Positions 12,024 through 24,510 of a DNA stretch of 56,573 nt are shown in pieces; positions within the stretch are counted from its first letter, which is position 1, and each line of letters begins with the position of its first letter. The stretch is from positions 62,001 through 118,573 of the forward strand of contig CAUYUJ010000084.1 in assembly GCA_963575745.1 (NCBI GenBank), read 5' to 3'. The DNA is from Prorocentrum cordatum. Taxonomy: Eukaryota. A program made the position numbers and the translations under genes. A model generated the notes under the pieces. The model made no database searches, had not been told where the DNA came from, and saw only the letters and a list, made by a program, of their open reading frames with translations.

Positions 12024-12921
12024 TGATGGAAACCTCAGGATGACCAGCCCCGGAAGACGCACGAGAAGACCTCCGACCCAAAAAAAACACCGTGAGCTTC
12101 CGAATGCCACGGCTGATCGGGCCCAGGCCAGGGAGACGTCGCTCCAGCGCGTTCTGGAACGCTCCGAGGCTCTGGAACGGCCGCGGCGCCCGATACTCCG
12201 AGGCGGGAATGTATACGTGACCGCCGCCTGGCCGCCTGGAGGATCAATTTTCGGGGACCTCGGCAGGCCCCCCGGGGGCCAAGATATATCCATATCCACC
12301 GCCCGCTGGGGCACCAGGGTGTCGCTTCCCAGGCGGTGGATATGGATAAATCCCCGCCTCGCAGATACGTCCTCTAGAACCCACCGGATCTCAGAGATCC
12401 CCGATCTGTGGTCCCCGTCCGATGTTGTCCCAGTCCTGGCCTCTCGGGGGCGTCCAAAAGGGGCGGGGGGGGGTTGACTGGGATGGGTGGGCATCGTGGC
12501 CAGGGCCATGATGCCTCCCCAGATCTCTTGGCCCCCTTTCTGCCCCAGAGGCTTCCACCGATGCTCCCGTGGCCCGCGCACATGCCTCGGGGCCCTCCTC
12601 TTGGGCGCACCCCCCCCTCCTGGACGCCCTCATCTTGGGCGAACCCTCCACAGTCAACCCGCGTAGTGAGGATGGGCAACCTTCCCAAGTGTATTCTTGC
12701 GTTCCTCTCCCGTTCGGCCCATCCCTGGCGACTTTCGCTGGCCAACCTCATACGAAAATCGTCACCTTGGCCGTCCAAGCCCCTTTGCATCCTCACCGCA
12801 CATCCTCGACTGCAGCTTCGCCTCGCATGAGGCCCACGCTCCCGCCAGGGCCCTCGCCCGCGGTGGCCCTCCCCCGGCGCGCGCTCCCCGGGGGAGCGGG
12901 GCGCCCGCGGGCGCCGGGCAG

Positions 12922-12954
12922 GGGCCGTGGGTGGCGGCGCGGAACTACGTGCTG
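12922..12954 (+). CDS. RCE1: RCE1 CAAX prenyl protease 2, exon (GPWVAARNYVL)
   Basis: CAG|G acceptor, G|GC donor; RNYVL precedes the APxxEE motif. The 5' boundary could extend to an upstream AG (about 12848); earlier exons not found. Confidence 0.8.
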
Positions 12955-13097
12955 GCGCCCCTCCCCCTTGCAGGAGGAGGAGGAGGAGGAGGAGGAGGAG
13001 GAGGAGGAGGAGGACCTGGTCACGCTCGAGGAGGAGGAAGAGGAAGAGGAAGAGGAGGAAAAGGAGGAGGAGGAGGAGGAGAAAGAAGAGGAGGAAG

Positions 13098-13151
<54 letters not shown>

Positions 13152-13226
13152 AGGATGCCCGCGCGCGCAGCCCGTTCATTCGGAAGCAAATCGTGGGACC
13201 TGGTATACCCTCTTAATTCAGTCTTG

Positions 13227-13350
13227 AGCGTCGACTAGCGTCGATTAGCGTCTGGGAGTTGGTGCGGTAGCGCCGATTTAGCGTCGGCTAGCGTCGCTTA
13301 GCCTCGATTCAGCGTCGAGTAGCGTCGATTTGGCGTCGCTTAGCGTCGAT
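13227..13350. repeat. AGCGTCGATT 10-11-bp minisatellite
   Basis: About 11 degenerate copies of (T)AGCGTCG(A/C)T. Confidence 0.85.
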
Positions 13351-14004
13351 TCGCAGGAACCGACAAAATGGTATGGGAGGCTCCCATAAGTTGCCGCTTC
13401 CTGAGGTCCAGGCGCTGCCGCTCTTTACACCGGACGTCTTGGCGCCGCCTCGGGCCCCGAGGGGCCACTCCGGATCCATCCGTTGCGCGACGGGCGCCGC
13501 AGAGATGTTGCAGTTCCCGTCGCGTCTTCTGGCGATGCTTCTACTCTACTTTTGTCGCAGCGTCGGATCTCAGGGACTCGGCGCGGGGAGCGCCCGAGGG
13601 GAAATGGCCGGAGGATCGGATGCCTTCAGAGTGGGGCCCAGGGGCTTTCATTCTGGAGGCGTTTATCTCATCCATTCTGAGTGGAGATTCGGCCTCCTTT
13701 TGGTGGGTTTATGTTCTCCGTTCTGGAGCCTTTTTTTTCACCGGCAAGCAGGTTCGACATCCAGACTGCATTTATTCGATCATTTGGGTGGCTGAGGAGG
13801 CTGTTTGTCGTTGAGGTCCGGGTTGAAGTGATTTCTCCTTACCGTGAGGTGGTTGTCCTGCGGAGAGGCAGGTGTTGGTTACAAGCGACCAGCATTCTCA
13901 TAGGACACAGGAGGAGAAGGAGCGGGAGGAGGAGGAGGAGGAGGAAGGGTCGGGAGGAAGGGAGGGAGGGAGGGAGAGAGGAACGAGGAGGGAGGAGGAG
14001 GAGG

Positions 14005-15469
14005 ATAACTGCAAACCCAAGACGCATCAAAGACGTCGCAAGCAAAAACATCCTACAAGTTCTCTCGTCATATGTCCTTGCAAGAACCTGTATATTGGCT
14101 TGCATCTTGAGGAAGTACTTGATGGGATAGATGTCCCGCTTGAGGAAATACTTGAGAGTGCTGATGAGATAGATATCCCGCTTGAGGAAATACGTCAAGA
14201 ATGCCGATGGGGTAGATCTGGTTGTCCCACCACATGTGGAGGAGATCGTCGCCCTGCCCCTCCTGCACGCCCTCCGAAGAGTCGTCGCTGTCTAGGCGCT
14301 CCAGTCGCACTCGCTCAGCAACTCGTCCTCCGAGGTGGTCTGGAACGCCTTCGCCTCCTCCGTGCCACCGTCCATCGCGTTCGTCATCAGCTCGTCCTCC
14401 GAGGAGGTCTGGGACGTCGTGTTTGGTTGGAGCGTCTCGCTCAGCAGCTCGTCCTCCGAGGTGGTCTGGGACGCCTTCGCCTCCTCCGTGCCGCCGTCCA
14501 TCGCGTTCGTCATCAGCTCATCCTCCGAGGCGGTCTGGGACGTCGGGTTTGGCTGGAGCGTCAGCTGCTCTGTCACCGCCTACACCATCTGCTTGATCAA
14601 GGCCGCTTTCGCCACTGGGCGCAGCGAAGGTAACGGAGCAATACTCGTCGCTGCCGAAGTCACTGGCCGAGGCGGGTCTTCGAACGAGAACGTCTTGTAG
14701 CACCGCGCCGACGCCCTCCTGGCCCCGATCGCCACATCGTCCAGGTACGTGACCGCCGCTAGCGCCAGCGGCTGCTTGTCCGAGGTCATCCCCAGCTCCA
14801 TCTTCAGCGCCTGGATCTTCTCGAGGAGTTGCGACCGTATGTGGGTCTCCCATCCCGACGAGGGTGGCACCGACACGGCCGTTGTGTGCACCAGCTACGC
14901 AATCGGCGTCGGCATAATCTTGCACTTCTTCCAGCTGCCAACCACCATCGTCGGGGTGCGCTGCTTGGCCTGCTCCTTTAAGGCCTGTCGTAGGAGCGCC
15001 TTCTTCTCCGCGATGAGCAGCGGAAGACGCGTGATCTCCTCGTTCGACAAGGCGATCGGGCGAGGTACACGAGCAGGGGATCGCAGCGGCTGTGGAGTTG
15101 TCGCACGGCGCGGCGGTCTTGACGGAGGCGCTGGGGTCAGGCAAACCTTCGGCCGGCGCGGCGGCGTGGACGGAGGCGCCGGGGTCAGGTAAGCTTTCGG
15201 CCTCCAAGCCGAGCCGCCGAAAGCCAGGCCCGCGTCGGCGCCATCGCCCTGGGCCGTCTGCGCGAGCCCCGTCGCCCTGCAGCAGGGCCCACTCCGCCGA
15301 GGCGATGCGCGACGCCAGCGGGGCAGCCGCCGAGCCAGCGCAGCTGCATGACATGCCGAGGGGGGGAGGAGCGAAGAAGAGGACCGCGCGCCCGCCGCGC
15401 GGAGGGGGGGAAAGGAGAGGCGAGCGCGCTCAGGGCTGCGCTCCGAGCCGCGGCGCCCAACTTGAGCCA
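14005..15469 (-). pseudogene. Antisense intronic retro-pseudogene with truncated SL relic
   Basis: TGGCTCAAG (3' 9 nt of DinoSL) at 15469-15461, ATG at 15354, intronless frame broken by TAGs (14897-14895, 14582-14580) and frameshifts; internal 126-bp (42-aa) duplication and YFLKRDIY repeats. Confidence 0.6.
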
Positions 15470-16683
15470 CGTGGGGCATCTACCCCATCAAGCCGCTCAA
15501 GTATTTCCTCAAGCGGGACATCTGCCCCATCAAGTGCTTCCTCAAGATGCAACTCTCGTCGCCGCTCCCTAGAGCCTCGAAAGCGATGCTGGCGTCGAAG
15601 TCCCTGCCAGTGCTGGGGATTCCCCTGTCCAGCAGTCCGTCGACGAGCAGAGGGCGGACAGGGTACAGCCCACGGCGCTCGATGCGGCCTACCTCGACGG
15701 GTTTGTCGTGGCCAGGGCGCTGGCCATGGGTTCTACGGTGTCTGTCGTAGACCTCCAGAGTTCCCTGCAGGAGCAGGGCCGCTTCCTAGCGCAGCAAGGA
15801 GCGGCCCAAGGCAACCGCGACAAGGTCGCGCAAGGCATCGGCATCGGGAGGGTGTCGGCCATGCTACAGGAGCGTCTGGAAGGGCCGCGCACTCACTGAG
15901 GGGATGACATACCGAGGGGTGAATTCAGCAGCGAGTTTTTTAGGCGCGCGTGGAGGCCAGGCCGCTGCCCAGGAGTTCTACGCGGGCGCCCAGGGTGCCT
16001 CCGTTGCTTGCTGCTCGGCGACTTCGGCCTCTCCGCGGTGGGCTTCCCGTGGCTGGTGGCGGCCAGCGGGCCGCGCAGGGGTCCGAGGACCTCCCCGCCG
16101 TTCGCTGCCTACCGTCTTCATCTGCGGGGGCGCCCTGAGCCTACACACCTGTTCCTCGTGTTTCTCGCGATCTTCGCGTTCGAGCGCCACTGTTTGGTAT
16201 CGCATGGGCTCTGCTGATCCTCGCGCTCTTGATTGCTATCTTGGGGAATAGCGGTTTGAACGCTCTCTCTCTGGCTTGATGAGGTGTGGTGGATTGTGAT
16301 TCCTGCGTCTGATGCACGGGTAAGGCCGTGCGGCAGAGCGCTGTCAGGCCCAACGTGAAAGCACCTTGAGGCATTTTGCCTGGTGCTTGGCAACAGGGGG
16401 CGGCCGCGCAGTCCTCTATGCTTCGGAGTGCCTCACCGTGGTGGGTCGGTCCTCTTCGTGGCGGTGGCGATCTTCATGACAGTTGACTCGTACGCGGACC
16501 CAGGCGTCGTCCAGCTGCAGGTCCCAGAGGTATACTCCGTTGTGGTTGAAGTACCATGTACTTCCTGCCAAACCTGTTCCTCCAGTCGTCGCAGGGCTAC
16601 CGGCTGAGGGGGCCGTGGCCTGCTGTGGAGGCGGATCGGCCAGGAGGGGGGGGGCTCAAACAACAAAAAAGAACATGTATATT

Positions 16684-16701
16684 GACACATACATATACAT
16701 T

Positions 16702-16738
<37 letters not shown>

Positions 16739-16802
16739 CCATATACATATACATGTACATATACATATACACATTCATATACATTTACATATACACATAT
16801 AC

Positions 16803-16839
<37 letters not shown>

Positions 16840-17087
16840 TACATATACATGTACATACACATATACATATACATATACATACATCTATATATACACATAC
16901 ATATACATATACACTTACACTAACATATAATACATATATATAAACATACATAACCATATCCATATACATATACACATACAAATACATCTACATCTACATA
17001 TACATATACATAAACATATACAAATACAAATACAAATGCACATACATACATATATATACATATACATATATATACATCTATATATAC

Positions 17088-17143
<56 letters not shown>

Positions 17144-17276
17144 GCATCGACATAAACATGTACACATACCTATTTATATACAAATATGCATTTATACATT
17201 TATGCAACTTTACATATAGACACATATACATGTACATACACACATGCATATACATTTACCTACATACATACATATG
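16684..17276. repeat. (TACATA)n hexamer microsatellite
   Basis: Direct reading; yields spurious YI/YT/HT ORFs. Confidence 0.97.
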
Positions 17277-17589
17277 CGGATATATTGACTGCGGGAGTTG
17301 TCCCATTGAAAGACAGCCTTTCAAGAGTCCTCAACGGTGCCACAAACAAATCTTGGAAGTTCAACGCCGCGAACTCTCGCGACTGTCGTGATGATAATCC
17401 TCACTGGTGCTAAGTATTTGAGAGCTCAACGCCGCGAACTTACGCGATTGTTGTGCCCTGACAGCCCTAAATCGTGCCAGAACACCACCACTGAGTTTTT
17501 AACACCGCGAATCGATGTGACTACTGCGTCCTGGCCCGTCCGGGCATTCCTGAATCGTCCCAGAACGCCATCTTTGGACTTCATCCGTA

Positions 17590-18040
17590 CGAACCTTTGA
17601 AACTGTTGTGAAACTGTTAAACGGATGTGCGCGGCGCTCAGCCCGGGCCACATTTTGAAAAGGAGTCACTCTCTATTCTTGAAGCTGCGACAAGCTTGTC
17701 AGATGAATGCGCGCGGCGCTATGGCAAGAACCACATTTGAGAACGACCCGCCCTCGATCCTGGAAGCTTCTGCTAGCTTCTAGAACGACTGTGTGCGGCG
17801 CTGGGGAGAGAGAGAGAGAGAGAACCGCATTTGAAAACGACCCGCCCTCCATTCTTGAAACTGCTGCAAACTTTTAAGACGAATGTGCGCGGCGCTAAGG
17901 CGAGAGACATACTTGAAAACGACCCGCCGTCCACTCTTGAAACTGTTGCAAATGTCAAGCTTCCGGATCACGAGTGGCGAGAAAATGTCGGGCGAAACGC
18001 TCGGCCTGCCCTTCCGACGCGTCTCGGGGTCCGACACCGC
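17590..18040. repeat. About 82-bp satellite-bearing dispersed element
   Basis: GAATGTGCGCGGCGCTAAGGCGAGAG-type units x4; homologous array with a similar terminal segment at 46880-47455. Confidence 0.8.
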
Positions 18041-18438
18041 TGGTGAACCAAACATCCAGAAGGACGCGTGGGCAGAAGAGTGCACGATTGGCCACTCTTC
18101 GTGAACATGCAGAGAGACACCTTGCAGAGCAACTGCGTGCGCATAGAGTTACGGTTGTAAGGAAAAGGGCGCACCACGACCGTGAAACGGATAGCCAGAG
18201 GAAACGGATTAAGGGGAGCAACGCAGAAACGGATAAGTACATGCGCTGCTGTTGCGGGGGGCAGTCATTCAAAAGACATCGTACTGGTGGAGGAGGAAGA
18301 GGAGGCGGAGGAGACGGGGGAGGAGGAGGAGGAGGAGGAGGAGGAGGAGGAGGAGGAGGAGGAGGAGGGAGGGATGGAGGGAAAGAGGGACGGAGGGAGG
18401 CACGGAGGGAAGGAAGGAGGGAAGGGGGAGGGAGAGGG

Positions 18439-18632
18439 TGTGTATGAAGTCCGCTCGTATCACCATTATATCCTGATCTACTGCCGACGTCTCGGCTCTG
18501 GTATTGTTTTTTCTGTACAGCGCCGCTTGTCCGCAGCGCATGGGACAAGGGGGCGTTACCCTTTCCCTTGCCTTCCTCTACCTTGGGAAAATCTAGTAGG
18601 TTCAAGTCTTCGGTCGTCAACCTACGTACACA
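18439..18632 (+). mobile_element. Putative 5' LTR (194 bp)
   Basis: Termini TGTGTA...TACACA form a perfect 6-bp inverted repeat (TG..CA rule), immediately followed by a PBS-like site; no second LTR found. Confidence 0.7.
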
Positions 18633-18643
18633 GGTTATCAGCC
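18633..18643 (+). promoter_or_regulatory. Primer binding site, copia half-tRNA type
   Basis: GGTTATCAGCC directly after the LTR CA; resembles the GGTTAT-type PBS complementary to a tRNA anticodon arm. Confidence 0.65.
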
Positions 18644-18929
18644 TCTTCTTTTTCGCTCTCCGTTGCGACACCCCGCATCGTTTTTGACCCCGCCGCATGG
18701 CGCTGGACCCAACGGGGACCAGTGCCTGTGTGCGCGCTGGGTCTTCGACGGAGCGAGGGCGTCACGACGCCGCGGAGAGGGCAACAGGACTGGCTATAAC
18801 GCCCCCCCCTTTTCATGCGATAGCAGTGTTGACGCGCTCGAGGCTGCGGTCGGAGACATGGACTCCGGCACACCTCCCGCGTTGGCGCCTTCTCACACGC
18901 TTGGGTTCGGACGCGCTGCCCCGTTGACT

Positions 18930-21420
18930 ATGATGTCCCCTGGCGCCACCTTTAGTTCGGAACCCTCGCCAGTGGAAGCACCCACGGTTGCCCCCGCAGC
19001 CACCGCTGGATTCGTTTCGCGTCTTCCTCCAAGCTTCGCCGATGGAAACACCCGCGGCGCTGGCGCCAGTGATGCGTCTCCCCAGAGCGCTTCCGCGCGG
19101 CACCGCCGCTGGGACGCGCGGCGTCTCATCGGGCCCACCGTGGTTTCCGTCTCAGAACGCGCGTGAGTCATAGAAGATCGCACTGGGCAAACCTCGCAGC
19201 GAAGAGCCCCCCCGCGGCATCGTCCCCAGTCTCCCGGAGGCGCTCGCGGCCGAGTTCGCTGCGGCGCAACATCGCGCCGCGCGCGTCGCCCTCTGCCAGC
19301 GATTTGGCCGAGTTTAGAGACCAGGTTAAAACTTGCGCGACGCAACAGTTGTCGGGTCTTGCTGCGCAGACAGCAACAGCGAGGCAAGAGCTTCAGAACG
19401 CCCTTGCCCTCGTCGACGTTCGGATCGGTGAAGATCGATCGGTCCTTGCTCAGGTCCGGCATCAAGTCGACCGCGTTGAGTCACGCCGAGGTTCCGACTC
19501 CGCTGCACTTCAGACGCCCCACGACTACCCATTCGCAGTAGCGGCCCAAATCGCGAGCGTTAGGGACACGGGCGCTGCTGCTGTCGGGACCCTGCACGGA
19601 GCTCCTGACAGTGCGGCTGGTTCCAGCTATGCAGGTACATGGGCCCACGGATCAACATCTCCGAGACGACCTCAATGCGCTTCGTACTCAGGTTGAAGTG
19701 ACTACGGCCACCCTACACCCCCAAAGCGCCACAATCACGGCCGAGTTGCACGGCGAGCTGCGTAGTGCTGAGATCTATCGCTCAACGTCTTGGCGACTCG
19801 GAGGGGCGCGTACCAACGCTTGAGAACCGAGTCTCCACGGTCGAGCAGCAGTTGCCTGAAATGCAGGCTGCGCTGGCTGAGTTGCACGTCGCGCGGGCCC
19901 GGACTGACCAGCTGGGCGCCCCGACTGCGGCCGGAGATTTCGCCGCCCTCGAAGCCCGAATGTCCGAAGCGCGGGCGGCGGCGGACCGCGCGCAGTTACT
20001 GCTCGCCCGGATCCCCCGCGAAAGAGACGCCGACGAGGCGCGGGTCGAGAATGCACTCGCCCGTTGGGAACGGGAGCGCGAAGCGCGCGACCTACGAATC
20101 CAGGACAGATCATCGGCCGGACTTGCGCCCCCAGCGAACATGCGACACCAGAGGCGAGATTCGCGGTTTACGACAGAGCGCCGAGAAGACGCAGACCGAC
20201 ATCGCAACAACTGAGGCCACCGCGCAGGCCCGCGCGAGCGACGCTCAGATCCACATCTCGATCCTGCCTCCGCAACCCACCACCGATTGTGCCCCAACCT
20301 TTGCCGATGGACGCGCCCTTGCTGGACGACCGCAACTTCAGTCGCCAGTTGCCGCCTCTGCAGCGGCATCGGCTCCGGCTCAGACACGTCGCGTCTCGCC
20401 TGCGCGTGAACCATCGCCAACGCCACCGATTCCATCGCAGAACCTCTCGCAGCTCTCTCTCGGTGGTACCACCCAGATTAAGGAATCAAGCAGTGTCCGT
20501 ATTCCTCAACTGAACGCGCTGCCCAGTTGCAGGGGTGGCAGCATATGGTCAGGGAAAATGTTGGCAGCGCCTCCGGACGCCCTGCCATGGCGCTCGCATG
20601 CCTTCGCGTTGCCGAACAGCCCGACACTACGTTTGAGGACTTACAACGGAGTGGCCATTTCGAAAGCATCGATTGCAAGTTTGCTGCTGGATTTCCAGCA
20701 GTTCTCAACGCTAAGCTCCGTTATATCTTGAAAAACCTCACAGCTCAGGAGAATGGGGCTGGCCGCGTGCGGAAAGGTAGACAGATCTTTTTGGGCTATA
20801 CTGGAATCGCGCAAGGTCACTGACGTCGACGACGCGACGCGCGACTTGGGACGCGCGCAATTTACTCGCGCGCGGGATGACGATCTCCAACGATTCATCG
20901 CGGACTTGAACACTTTGCTCTTGGGATGTCGCGAACCACCCGACAGAGGTGCTCGTCATGTTCCGAGCTCAGATCTGCAGACGTCCGCGGGCGAAGCAGG
21001 ACATGCGCGTTTGCAACAAGATGGAATCAAATGACCCCAATCGCACGCGCGTTTGGTTGAGAACGCGCCCTGGCCAACGTCGAGTTACATCGACTCGGGC
21101 GCAACCGGCGCAACTTCAAGAACGAAACGACTCGTTGCGAGTCAGCCGTCTGCGTTGCATTCAAGTCAGGACATTGAAAGAACGGAGGGCGGTGCGAGCT
21201 GCTGCGCGCAGCATTTGGCAACAGCTCCACGTCGCGACCTCCGCGTAGAGCATCGATTGCAGGCGGAGACGCCCGCGAACGACGACCTTCCACGGGGCGA
21301 GGCTCCAAGCTACCGCCCAAGAGCGGCAAATGAACTTTCTGTTTCGCCTTCGCGAAACACGGCGCCTGCCCGCGACGAGATCGATGCAAATATACCCACG
21401 CACTGCCAAATGCAGCTTCC
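18930..21420 (+). pseudogene. gag-like region with C-x8-C-x5-C-x3-H zinc finger
   Basis: Fragmented frames with coiled-coil-like segments, then FESIDCKFAAGF..GRQIF, and CFAFAKHGACPRRDRCKYTH at 21340-21399. Confidence 0.65.
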
Positions 21421-22234
21421 ACGCAGACGCAAAATTACAGCAAACGCGGCAACAGTTGCCGATTTGCGCACGGCCCCAGCGATGCCCCGGCCGGGCGCGC
21501 AGCCAAGATGGTCGCCATCGGACGCCTTCTCCAAGACACACGGGGGGCCGCGGACGCCCCCCGTGCAAGGGGCGGCGGGGCTCGCGGAGCCCGGAGGGCG
21601 CGCGTTGGTCGTGCCGAGGAACGCCGTCCCCAGGGCGCGGGGGGCGGCGAGGCTCGCGCATTCCGGGGGGTCGCAGATGGCCACCGCGGTGCCCGCGACG
21701 CTCCCGATCGTCATCGCGGGACCGCAACCGCGACCATCATCGAGAACGTTCCCCCGCCGGGAGTGACGGGGGCGGAAGCCGATCCGCGCCCTGCGGCGAC
21801 AGCCGACCACCATCGACCCGCAATCGGAACCGCTCTCCTGCAGCAGCGCGCCGCAGTGGGCGACTGGATCGAACGCGTGTGTCCCGCGAAACGATGCTTC
21901 GCATCACCAATCAACAATCACGGCGCCTACGCTTCGACCTCGACAACATTGGCGTCATCACCTGCGCGTTTCATCGCCGACCTTACAAGTCAAAGGGACC
22001 ATGTGCCAACCAAGGTGACCCCGTTGATGTGTCTGATCCGTTGCCTGATTGGCGGTTGGAAGACAACGCGCAGGCGCTGCGCGACTGTCAGACCGAGGCT
22101 CAGCGATGGCATGATGACCTCATGCTGCCCCCCAGACTGCCTGCGGCGCCCGTCGCGCCGTCGCAGGGCGACGCTGCGTCGGCGGCAACGCCCGCGCCCG
22201 AGTCTATATCGCTGACGCTGTCCACTGCAGCGTC

Positions 22235-22480
22235 GTCACGGACGCGGATCCAGAACGGTGGTTCTGCCCATCATATCCGCGCCGAGGCCGATCTCACACC
22301 GCGAAAAACAACTGACGTGCACCAAGGACGCGAACAGATGCGAAACAGATCGTCGACGAACATATTCACTTGAAATTGCCGCACATTGGACTATCCAGTT
22401 CAGCCCTTACGCTGGATGATTGCCCATCGACGCTATCTTTGGGACATCTGGAACAAGACGGCTTCCGACAAATCTGGGAT
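22235..22480 (+). pseudogene. Aspartic protease relic
   Basis: RIQNGGSAHHI (degenerate D[S/T]G motif) and downstream LDDCPSTLSLG, positioned between gag and integrase. Confidence 0.5.
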
Positions 22481-22894
22481 CTGCACTTGGAATACTGTAG
22501 GACTCACGCGGTCTATGGTAGCAGGTTGCTGTCAATGATGTCTCAGAACTCGACTGTAACAATCTGGAGCGGATTTCGCCGCCCCAGTTGTGTCCCGCGC
22601 CAGTTAAATCACGACGTTTACGACGCGCGCTGCAGCATGGGCCTGGTTTTTCGCATCCGTTCTTGTGTGCATGTTGCATGGGCGATGCCATCGCGCCGGT
22701 GGACGCACCTGCGTCTACGCCCCAAGCGAGCGGCGAGAGACATGGCGCATTGTTCCTGCGCCGGTGGACACCCGCATCCATTCCAATTGTGAGCGACCTG
22801 ACGTCTGGTGATTTAGCGCCGGCGGGCATGCCCGCGTCTACGCTACCAATTCGTGACGCGACACTACCTGGCCGACCGCGGCCGCCCATCGATC

Positions 22895-23800
22895 CCTCGC
22901 ACTACATCACTCGCAGCCCAACGCATCCTGACTGTAAGATGGGTGCACGAATCCTGGTGCACAGTTCACCATGCCGACGCCAGCGCCGAGCACGCCCATC
23001 AACGCAACCCACCGAGAAAGACGCTCAGTGCGAGGTATTGTACCCAAGCGATTCGGTGAGGCGTTGACTGCCGACCGCATTGTCCTTGCTGCAGACGATG
23101 CCGCCGATAAATATGGTGATAAGTACGCCTTGGTCGCGCTGGTTACGTTTACGGGCGCCATCATGGCATATCCTGCGAAGCACAAGGACGCTGAAACCAC
23201 CAAGGCGTCCTTCCTCGAGCTCCTTGCCGCCAGCGATGAGGTGAAGCACATCTACGCTGAAAGTTCTGGTGACCTTTTGAAGACATGCCGTCTTTTGGGA
23301 TGGCGGCACGACGCCAGCATGCCACATCGGCCGCAAACCAACGGAATGGCCGAACGTGCTGTCAAGTCAGGTATTCAGGGCACCCGTGCGGTGCTCCACA
23401 ATTCTGGCCCTGGTCATGAATGGTGGAAGGAGGCTTTGCAGGCGTGATGTTGTGGCCACAGCTTCACTACTCGAACATGTCTTGGCGTTGCAGCCACACG
23501 GGAAGCGCACAAGGACTACACAACACACGAAGTTCAATTCGGAGAATCCCTCAAGGGACACAATGTCCCGCTTGGTGCTCGCATCTTTTGGAAATGTTTC
23601 AACACCCGACCTCAACAAATCAGCAGCGAAGTTAAATGAGACAACGCGAAAAGGCTTGTTCGTGGGATGCCATCCCCATTTTGGCGGTCGCTGGTCTGGT
23701 GATTACCTCGTCATCGGCAAGGCCACGTACGCCAAACATCCTGATGGAGAACATTGCCATGCACATCGTGTCAAGAACATCGTGATCCCGGACGGGGAAC
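22895..23800 (+). pseudogene. Retroviral-type (rve/DDE) integrase, disrupted
   Basis: Degenerate HHCC (HYITRSPTHPDC), LTAD, IYAESS (second D appears as E), PHRPQTNGMAERAV, then GLFVGCHPHFGGRWSGDYLV; in-frame TGA at 23445. Confidence 0.88.
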
Positions 23801-24169
23801 ACGTTTCCCCCGCCAAAGAAGGTCTCCCACGACACCACAGCCCGGAAACACATAATCTGATATTTTTCCAGCCATCCCGCCCGCGAGGAGAACCGGTCAA
23901 CGACAACCCAATACTCTGAAGCCCAGCCGAACGGGACGACCCCAGTAACATGGAGTTTCCCGAACCAGACCATCCCGAAGCTTCCGGCTCCAGAGTGCGG
24001 CTTCCCGAACCAGTCCTTCCCGACAACTCGGTGAGGCTATCCTACGACACATCCGCACACCTCGTACTCAGCTTTTTCGCCCTGCCGATGATGCGATCGG
24101 GATCCCAGTCCTGGTGGACAAGCCCGATGTCATCCGCAAATTCGAGACCACCGAAGGCGAGAAAAAAAG

Positions 24170-24510
24170 GAGGGGCTGGGGGGCTGGGGAGGGGGAGGGG
24201 GGGGAGGGGGGGAGGGGGGAGGGGGGTGGGAAGGGGGGGGGGGGAGGGGGGGGGGGGGGGGGAGGGGAGCGGGGGGGGAGGGGAGGAGGAGGTGGAGGGG
24301 AGGGGGGGGAAGGGAGGGAGAGTGGGAGGGAAGGGTGAGGGAGGGAGTAAAAAGGGAGAGGGGAGGGGAGGGGGAGGAGGGGAGGGGAGGAGGGAGGAAG
24401 AGAGGGAGGAGGGGAGGTTGGAGGGAGGGGGGAGGAGGAGGGGAGGAGGAGGAGGGAAGAGGGGAGGGAAGGAGGGGATGGAGGGGAGGGGAGGGAAGGA
24501 GGGGAGGGAA
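24170..24510 (+). repeat. Extreme G/A-rich tract
   Basis: Long G runs separated mostly by single A. Confidence 0.9.

Larger units (their letters stand above)
18439..24160 (+). mobile_element. Decayed, 3'-truncated Ty1/copia-like LTR retrotransposon
   Basis: LTR, PBS, gag-like frames, CCCH finger, protease relic, then integrase directly after protease (copia order); stops and frameshifts throughout; breaks off at a G-rich tract before any RT. Confidence 0.85.

Noticed and set aside
14292..14897. Three in-frame TAGs as stop-codon reassignment
   Set aside because: The same unit has frameshifts, and the third TAG lies after a probable frame change; ordinary decay suffices.
15553..16620. Possible gene fragments
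   Set aside because: Short broken frames with no recognisable motif or consistent splice pattern.
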